This document shows, piece after piece, positions 57,771 through 64,000 of a stretch of 64,000 nt of DNA. The notes under the pieces are model-generated. The model worked only from the letters and a program-made list of their open reading frames with translations, was not told the DNA's origin and did not search any database. The position numbers and the translations under genes are program-made. The DNA comes from Gallionellales bacterium RIFCSPLOWO2_02_FULL_59_110 (lineage in GTDB: Bacteria > Pseudomonadota > Gammaproteobacteria > Burkholderiales > Gallionellaceae): contig MGXA01000067.1 of the NCBI GenBank assembly GCA_001801215.1, positions 15,680-79,679 on the forward strand, given 5' to 3'. Positions within the stretch are counted from its first letter, which is position 1; each line of letters begins with the position of its first letter.

Positions 57771-58733
57771 TCACTGCTCCCAATCTATGTTCAATGTCCT
57801 GGCAAACTCGGGCGCCCCGAATACCCCCACGGTCACCCTGTCGCCTTTTTCGGCGCCAATCAGCGCAAGCGGATAGCTGAACCCGCACAGCGGGTTATCG
57901 GACAATCCCATGTCGTAAATATCGTCCCGGTTCTGATCCAGCGAAATGACGGCCCGCCTTTCGCCGTTCACACCGATCGTCACGAAGTAACAATCCGTCG
58001 CGGCGCAGGATATCCAGCCAACGATTTTTTTCCTCCCGGCGAGCAGGCAATTCCAGTTGGTATCCTCCGTCGGGACGGTGTTGTAGCCCGCATCCTTGAC
58101 CAGCTCGGAAAAAATGCGCACTTGCTCGAAGAAAAAATCCATGTCCCGCTTGTTATTGAGAAAGGCTGACTTTATTTCGCCCGGCGGAATATTGGCTCTG
58201 CTCTCGGCATCGGAGTCGGGCGCTTTATTTTTCGCTACCGGCTCTATCGGCAATCCGAGCCTGTCTACAAACGCTTCGACAAAATATTTGTAATGGCTCG
58301 TCAAACCGATCAGTGCGCCGGTCTTCCGATCCAGCCCCCTGAGCATCTTCCACTGCTTGTTCTGCTGGAGCGGATCCGAAGAAAAATCCGCAAAACTGCG
58401 ATGGCACCCTTCATGTCTCCTGAGGTGCTGATACTCGGAAACCACCCGTTCTACCGGGTTCCTGACGATAGACACCACCGCATCCGGCGGAACGCAACGC
58501 AAATATTTTTCATAAGGGACATGCCCGCAGATGAAATTGAATTTATCGGCATCGAATATTTCGCTCTCCGGAGCCAATTCCGTGGGGGTTACCCCGACCA
58601 GTCCGGGAGTAGATTCAGGGCTTTCTTTTCCGTAGTCATAGAGCATGCGAACCGATTTGTGCTTCTGAAGCACGGAACGAAAGCTGGTTCCGGCCGTTTT
58701 GGGGATATGGACAACAAAATTTATTTTTTTCAT
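57771..58733 (-). CDS. Sulfotransferase family protein
   Basis: 5'-PSB HIPKTAGTS and 3'-PB VRNPVERVVSEY; AAGGA RBS before ATG 58733. Confidence 0.85.
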   Translation of the reverse strand: MKKINFVVHIPKTAGTSFRSVLQKHKSVRMLYDYGKESPESTPGLVGVTPTELAPESEIFDADKFNFICGHVPYEKYLRCVPPDAVVSIVRNPVERVVSEYQHLRRHEGCHRSFADFSSDPLQQNKQWKMLRGLDRKTGALIGLTSHYKYFVEAFVDRLGLPIEPVAKNKAPDSDAESRANIPPGEIKSAFLNNKRDMDFFFEQVRIFSELVKDAGYNTVPTEDTNWNCLLAGRKKIVGWISCAATDCYFVTIGVNGERRAVISLDQNRDDIYDMGLSDNPLCGFSYPLALIGAEKGDRVTVGVFGAPEFARTLNIDWEQ

Positions 58734-58796
58734 GGCGGTTTTCCTTGAAATCATCTGCTTCAGGCAGTTCGCTAAATTCATGGCTTATTCGACAGG

Positions 58797-59825
58797 CTAT
58801 TGCGTGGTGCACAGGGCGCGCCAACTTTGCTGGTCTATAGCCTGCTCACCCATTTTTCCAATACGGACAAGTTGGCGGCCAAACTCCAATACCGTGCGCA
58901 TCGCCGGATAATCATTGCCAGTAGCGGTTTCGGGAATAGTCGCCTGCGGGTTAGGAAACCAGCTTGCGATGATAAAATCGCCCGGTGTGCCTTGCGCACC
59001 TAGATAACACTGTTGCGCCAGCAGAACCCGTTCATGGAACGCCTTGCTGGAAATTCTGCCCCCTTTGCTCGAGGTGGTCAGCAGGCCAAACCTCAGTCCC
59101 AGAATATCTTCCACATAAGATTCGACATCCCTGATGTGTTGCCATGTGACGCCGAGCGACTGCTCCTTGAGAATATCGAAGGGTATGTCCAGATGGATAT
59201 ACGAAAGCTCCATCTTTTCTGCGGCCATGGCATCCCTGAGCATAAGGTAAGGTTGCCGGTAGTCTTTGCCATGCGACGGAAGGGCATCGATAATGCCGAT
59301 TTGAACCTGCGGATAAATTGCGCGGACAGCCTTGGCGTAGGCGACGACATCTTCAACTCTCCAGCTCACGGGATAATCCACCGTTTCGCCATTGATCACC
59401 AAAGGTTTCGATAGCACGCTTTGCAGGCTGATGTAGTCGACCTGGATATCCAGGCGCTTGAGGCGCTTGAGCAAGCTGATTTCCCTGGAAGAAATTTTTT
59501 CCTGCCCTTCCAGCTGCGTCCAGGTTGCACCCGCTGCATCTATCGCCAGTTTGATGCGATTTCTGTCGAGATAGGGGCGCAATAAATTAGCCAGAAATTC
59601 TTCATCCATTGTGCCCAGCACATTGGCCCTTACCATATAGACCCGAATGTAACGGCTTGCCTGGCTGAACGCTTCCGGCTGATGAAATTTCTCGACAAAA
59701 TCCGGCGGCATGCCGCCGGGCCTGCCGAGGTTGTTGTCTTCGTACCAGATATCCGTAGCCGCAGCGGTTGCGGAGATGACCGCGAACATCAGGGCGATCA
59801 GGATTTTCGCTTGAGCACGCATCAT
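58797..59825 (-). CDS. Hypothetical secreted protein in the capsule locus
   Basis: Signal peptide (ILIALMFAVISATAAA); family not recognised. Confidence 0.65.
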   Translation of the reverse strand: MMRAQAKILIALMFAVISATAAATDIWYEDNNLGRPGGMPPDFVEKFHQPEAFSQASRYIRVYMVRANVLGTMDEEFLANLLRPYLDRNRIKLAIDAAGATWTQLEGQEKISSREISLLKRLKRLDIQVDYISLQSVLSKPLVINGETVDYPVSWRVEDVVAYAKAVRAIYPQVQIGIIDALPSHGKDYRQPYLMLRDAMAAEKMELSYIHLDIPFDILKEQSLGVTWQHIRDVESYVEDILGLRFGLLTTSSKGGRISSKAFHERVLLAQQCYLGAQGTPGDFIIASWFPNPQATIPETATGNDYPAMRTVLEFGRQLVRIGKMGEQAIDQQSWRALCTTQ

Positions 59826-62800
59826 ATTCCCTCCAAAGAAAAATCTTCCCTAGCCAGCGTCAGATTCGGGCTGTAGCATGGATCGCGCCGCAACAGTTCG
59901 CCCCATTTGGCCTTCACGAACTCGACTTCCTTGTTGAACCGCTTGACCTTTTCCGGCGTATCCTCTTCTCCGCGCGACTTCGATTCGTAATGGAATAGTT
60001 CCGCGTAGGGAGTCCAGAGGTTGCGGTACCCCGCCTGGCATACCTTGAGACAGAAATCCACGTCGTTGAAGGCGATGCGCAGGCCGTCTTCCTCCAATCC
60101 GCCCACCTCTTCATAGATTGACTTGCGCACAACCAGACAGGCGGCCGTCACCGCCGACAGGTTCTGGATCACTTTCAGGCGGTGGAAGTATCCGGACGAT
60201 TCGCGCGGGAAGTATTTATGCGAATGCCCAGCCACGCCGCCCAGCCCGACGATCACTCCGGCATGCTGGATGGTTTCGTCTTCGTAATACAGCTTGGCGC
60301 CCACGCAGCCGATCTCGGGACGCAAGGCGTGGCTGACCAACTCGCTCAGCCATTCGGGGCTGATGACTTCGATGTCGTTGTTGACCAGGCCGATCAGTTC
60401 GCCTCTGGCTTGCTGCACGCCAAAATTGTTGATGGCGGAGTAGTTGAAAGGCTGGTGATAGGCCAGCACCCTCACCCGGCTGTCCTCTGCCTGGATGCGC
60501 TTGAAAAAATCCAGCGTCGCGGGCTCGCTGCTTTCGTTATCCAGGATGATGATTTCGCAATTCCGGTAGGTGGTTTTGTCGAGAATGCTGCGCATGCAAG
60601 GCTCGATCAGCTCGACCTTGTCGCGGGTCGGGATGAGCAAACTGACCAGCGGCTCCGGTTGCGGAATGGAATAGCGAACCCGGTAGGTATTGGGCACCAG
60701 CCCGTTTTCCACCTTCACGCCCTCCCGGCCTTGCGCGCTGAAATAGTCCTGCAAAACTTTGATGCCAGCTTCGGTGGTGTAGCTTTTTTCCCCGCAGGCG
60801 CGCGCGGTGGACCCTTCCACGATGCGCCAGTGGTAAAGCACCTTGGGGATATGCACGATATCGGCGGGGCTCACATGGGGCAGGCAACGCAACAGCAGGT
60901 CCTGATCCTGGCTACCCTCAACTCCGGTGCGGAAACCGCCGATGCGTTGCAGCAACTCGCGGCGATAAATGCCCAGATGCGAAATATAGTTCTGCGAGAA
61001 GAACAGGTCGGGGTTCCAGTCCGGCTTGAAATGCGGGTCTTTGCGGTTGCCCTGCTCGTCGATCTTGTCTTCGTCGCTGTAGAGAATCTGCGCGGAAGGG
61101 TTTTGATTGATCGCTTCCACCGCGAAATACAGGGCGTGGCGCGCCAGTTCGTCGTCGTGATCCAGCAACGCCACATACTCGCCGGTTGCCAGCGCCAGGG
61201 CGCTGTTGCTGGCCGCGGAAATGTGGCCGTTCTCCTCGCGGAAGGCCACCTTGATGCGCGGGTCGCGCTGCATGTATTCTTCGAGCACCGCCCGCACATG
61301 CGGCGCGGTCGAGGCGTCGTCGGCGATACACAGCTCCCAGTGAGGATAGCCCTGCACCAGCACCGATTCGATCGCCTGCCGCAGAAGATTCTCTGCGGTG
61401 TTGTACACCGGCATGGCCACTGAAACCGTCGGTCTAAGCTTGAACGACTCCGGCAGCGCCGCGAGCGCGTCCAGACTGAAAAACTCCGGTGCTTCGACCC
61501 GGGATATCCACTCTTCGTAGCCGATGCCGATGCCGGCCTGCCCGCTATCGACACGGAAAGTGTGGCTGTAATATTGGGAAAGCAACTCTTTGGCGGCAAC
61601 TTTCTTGGTCTTCTCCTGCGCCTGCAAGTCCCGCCAAATCATGCGGAGAGGCATATCCTGGTAATGCGCATAACGGTTGCGCAGGCGCTGCAGCATGCGG
61701 TGATATGCAAAAATCGGCAGCACCGGCGCAAAGTTGAGAAGTTTCACGGAAAATCTGGCCGTCCCTTCAAGAGGGTCGAAGCGGATTTGTTTGGGAACGC
61801 TGGGCAGATGGCATAAGCGCTTGGATTCCTTGCCATCCCGAAACGGCAAGATCACCGAAGCCCACTCGCTGTAACCCTCGCCATAATCGAAATACAGCTT
61901 CGCGTTGCCGCGCGCGGCGTCCGAACATATCTGCAATTCGATCATGTACCAGCCGGGGCGCAGCTTCCGGTTGATATCCCGCAACACGAACCACGGGTCT
62001 TCTCCCTCCGAGCGCCAGCAGTAAGCGCCCTCGCCTTGGCGCTGCACGCCGTTTACCGGTTCGAGCGCGGTAGCGTTGCCTTGCCGCCCGCCGAGAGCCT
62101 CGTATGCGCCGTACTGAGCAAGGAACTCCGCCGGCAACTCCGGCGCCCCTGCCAATTTTTTCAGGCCCTGTACGGATAAGCGGAATTTTGCCGGCACATC
62201 GAACAGATCGAGGCGGATGGCGCGGCATCCGGGCGGGACAAAAAGAGGAATCCGCTGCGCGCCGTTACCGGAAAATTGCAGGCCGATGGCCGGCAAAAGG
62301 TTGAACCCATCGCCGGTGTCGAAGAGCATTTGAGCCGCCAATGGTCGCTCTGCCACCATCTCCACGTCCAGCCAGTACCAGCCGGTCAGGCCATGCCAGG
62401 CGCGTTCGGCCATCAGCAGGAATTGGGCATCGCCCCCGGCCGCCAACCATTCCTGCCCGTCGCGTTGCAACAAGTCGAGCGGCGCCAGGCCGATGCCGTG
62501 CTTGCGGGTAAGTCTGGGTAATAAACCTTTGACCATCCGCGCCGGTTTGAAAAGTTTCCATCCCACGGAAGCACGCGCCTGCGTAAGGCGATGCTCGTGC
62601 TGAATTGTGCCGGCACGCAATTGCTGGATGGCGGTATTTTGCCTGGCGCCGTTTTGCAGCAGCGCTTCGATCCGGCCATCCCGCTCGGCGATTCCCTGAT
62701 TGAGCACTGCCATCTGCGCCTCGCGCTCGGCCATGCTCTGGCTTAGCACAGCTATCTGCGCCTCGCGCTGGGCCACGCTCTGGCTTAGCACAGCTATCTG

Positions 62801-64000
62801 CGCCTCGCGTTCTTCGGAGGTTTGCATCATGGCCTCGATCCATGCATCGCGCTCATTCATGCCCTGGCTGAGCGCCGTTAACTGCGCCTCGTATTCTCCG
62901 GCCATTTGCGTCAACGCTTTAATTTTGCCGTCGCGCTCGGCCATGCCCTGATCGAACGCGGCCATGCGCGCCTCGCACTCCCCTGCCGTTTGGGCCAGCA
63001 TTGCAATCCGGTCGTCCCGCTCCGCAATACCCAGAACGAGCGCGGCCACCCCGGCTTTATGCTCTTCAAGCATTTGTGCCTGCGTTTCAATCCGGTCATC
63101 GCGTTCGGCCATGCCCTGGGTGAACACAGCCATTTTGGCTTTGTATTCGCTTATGGTTTTCGTCAGCGTCTCTATAATGCCGTCGCGCTCGGCGATGCCC
63201 AGGTTCAGCGCTTCGACGCTGCCATTCCGCCCGGCCACCCCAGCTTTATGCTCTTCAACCATTTGTGACAGCATTTCAATCCGGTCATCGCGTTCGGCCA
63301 TGCCCTGGGTGAGCGTAGCCATCTGTGCTCTGCGCTCCCTTGCCGCTTCCGTCAGCACCTCAATCTTGTCATCGCGCTCGGCGACGCCCAGGCTCAGCGC
63401 TTCGACGCTGCCATTCCGCTCGGACAGGGAATGGCTCATGGCGAGAATGATGTTATCCAGCCGCAGCATGTAATCCATGGCCTGCGCCATCCCTGCCACC
63501 TGTTCGGCAAGATTCAGGAAAACTCCGTAAACCTTTTCCGAATCCAGGCTCAGCCGGTCTGCCGCAACCTCGGCCAACAGCATGACCGCCGACCTGACGG
63601 GGTTGGGAACCAGCGGGGATTCGAGGACATCTTCGGGTTTGTAATTGGCGTGGCGCAGATTGGCGTCCAGAAAGTCCCGGCTGAATTCGGCCAGCCGGAT
63701 AGGATCCAGTTTGCAATCCAGCCCCAATGCCATGGCCATCCTGGCAATCTGTTGTTGCGGGTTGTCCATCAGCAGGTCGTAATCTACCAGCACCCGGCGC
63801 GCCCCTTGCGTGAGAAGCACGCTGGGCAGGACATGCTGTAGCCAGAGATAGTGGCTCTTTTCGGCAGGAATCCTGTCCCTTGCTTCCAGGGACTTGGCCA
63901 CGCTGAGCGGATTCCTGGCCGCTATGACATAAAACACCCTGATTTGCAGATGCTCGAAAACTCTTTGCCAGAATGGCAAGAGGCGGCACATGCGCGGATC
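59822..64000 (-). CDS. Multidomain polysaccharide protein: P-loop/sulfotransferase-like domain, long coiled coil, beta-sandwich-like domains, two GT2 domains (5' end outside window)
   Basis: Frame open to the edge (DPRMCRLLPFW...RNPLSVAKSL); heptad repeats; GT2 motifs VAMPVYNT, IADDAS, LLDHDDEL, YSDEDKI, LLIPTRD, LVNNDIEV, NDVDFCL. Confidence 0.88.
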   Translation of the reverse strand, partial: DPRMCRLLPFWQRVFEHLQIRVFYVIAARNPLSVAKSLEARDRIPAEKSHYLWLQHVLPSVLLTQGARRVLVDYDLLMDNPQQQIARMAMALGLDCKLDPIRLAEFSRDFLDANLRHANYKPEDVLESPLVPNPVRSAVMLLAEVAADRLSLDSEKVYGVFLNLAEQVAGMAQAMDYMLRLDNIILAMSHSLSERNGSVEALSLGVAERDDKIEVLTEAARERRAQMATLTQGMAERDDRIEMLSQMVEEHKAGVAGRNGSVEALNLGIAERDGIIETLTKTISEYKAKMAVFTQGMAERDDRIETQAQMLEEHKAGVAALVLGIAERDDRIAMLAQTAGECEARMAAFDQGMAERDGKIKALTQMAGEYEAQLTALSQGMNERDAWIEAMMQTSEEREAQIAVLSQSVAQREAQIAVLSQSMAEREAQMAVLNQGIAERDGRIEALLQNGARQNTAIQQLRAGTIQHEHRLTQARASVGWKLFKPARMVKGLLPRLTRKHGIGLAPLDLLQRDGQEWLAAGGDAQFLLMAERAWHGLTGWYWLDVEMVAERPLAAQMLFDTGDGFNLLPAIGLQFSGNGAQRIPLFVPPGCRAIRLDLFDVPAKFRLSVQGLKKLAGAPELPAEFLAQYGAYEALGGRQGNATALEPVNGVQRQGEGAYCWRSEGEDPWFVLRDINRKLRPGWYMIELQICSDAARGNAKLYFDYGEGYSEWASVILPFRDGKESKRLCHLPSVPKQIRFDPLEGTARFSVKLLNFAPVLPIFAYHRMLQRLRNRYAHYQDMPLRMIWRDLQAQEKTKKVAAKELLSQYYSHTFRVDSGQAGIGIGYEEWISRVEAPEFFSLDALAALPESFKLRPTVSVAMPVYNTAENLLRQAIESVLVQGYPHWELCIADDASTAPHVRAVLEEYMQRDPRIKVAFREENGHISAASNSALALATGEYVALLDHDDELARHALYFAVEAINQNPSAQILYSDEDKIDEQGNRKDPHFKPDWNPDLFFSQNYISHLGIYRRELLQRIGGFRTGVEGSQDQDLLLRCLPHVSPADIVHIPKVLYHWRIVEGSTARACGEKSYTTEAGIKVLQDYFSAQGREGVKVENGLVPNTYRVRYSIPQPEPLVSLLIPTRDKVELIEPCMRSILDKTTYRNCEIIILDNESSEPATLDFFKRIQAEDSRVRVLAYHQPFNYSAINNFGVQQARGELIGLVNNDIEVISPEWLSELVSHALRPEIGCVGAKLYYEDETIQHAGVIVGLGGVAGHSHKYFPRESSGYFHRLKVIQNLSAVTAACLVVRKSIYEEVGGLEEDGLRIAFNDVDFCLKVCQAGYRNLWTPYAELFHYESKSRGEEDTPEKVKRFNKEVEFVKAKWGELLRRDPCYSPNLTLAREDFSLEGI
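62590..63440 (-). repeat. Coding tandem repeats (14-aa units, 63-aa super-repeat) forming a coiled coil
   Basis: 42-bp unit ctggcttagcacagctatctgcgcctcgcg repeated near 62738-62810; cgcttcgacgctgccattccgc recurs 189 bp apart (~63210 and ~63399). Confidence 0.8.

Noticed and set aside
17-63989. Numerous long alternative-frame and antisense ORFs in the track (e.g. 7590-8831, 16664-17965, 19859-21658, 45818-47209, 54559-56724)
   Set aside because: Shadows of high-GC genes: Arg/Ala/Pro-rich, no motifs, and fully overlapping well-supported CDSs.

Overview
64-kb GC-rich betaproteobacterial chromosome segment. Gene content and order look Gallionellaceae-like (Sideroxydans/Gallionella type); this is an inference without a database search. 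Left to right: 3' part of pilY1, uup, tRNA-Arg(CCT), a CHASE2 adenylate cyclase-SH3-M48 peptidase-DUF3617-DD-carboxypeptidase-TMTC-like operon, a ~4-kb AT-richer S8 protease/DUF5648 cassette bracketed by two inverted ~190-bp miniature elements, a cobD/cbiB-like gene, mfd, ispDF, tsaB-rimI-udg, a DUF484-GGDEF cyclase, a truncated sigma70 gene coupled to crp/fnr and a GGDEF-EAL gene, an ACT-less relA, a deletion-disrupted class I fumarase, a phd-vapC pair, a PAS-rich kinase/receiver/hybrid-kinase trio, an inverted-repeat-bounded slyX-dbpA block, and the distal end of a kpsS/kpsC capsule locus with cysC, sulfotransferases, a methyltransferase and a giant sulfotransferase-like/coiled-coil/GT2 fusion. 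No transposase, integrase or CRISPR array was seen. The window is nevertheless rich in non-autonomous elements: several unrelated TIR 'shells' (target duplications of 3, 5 and 8 bp) wrap REP-like hairpins, and two palindromic elements sit in-frame inside protein genes.
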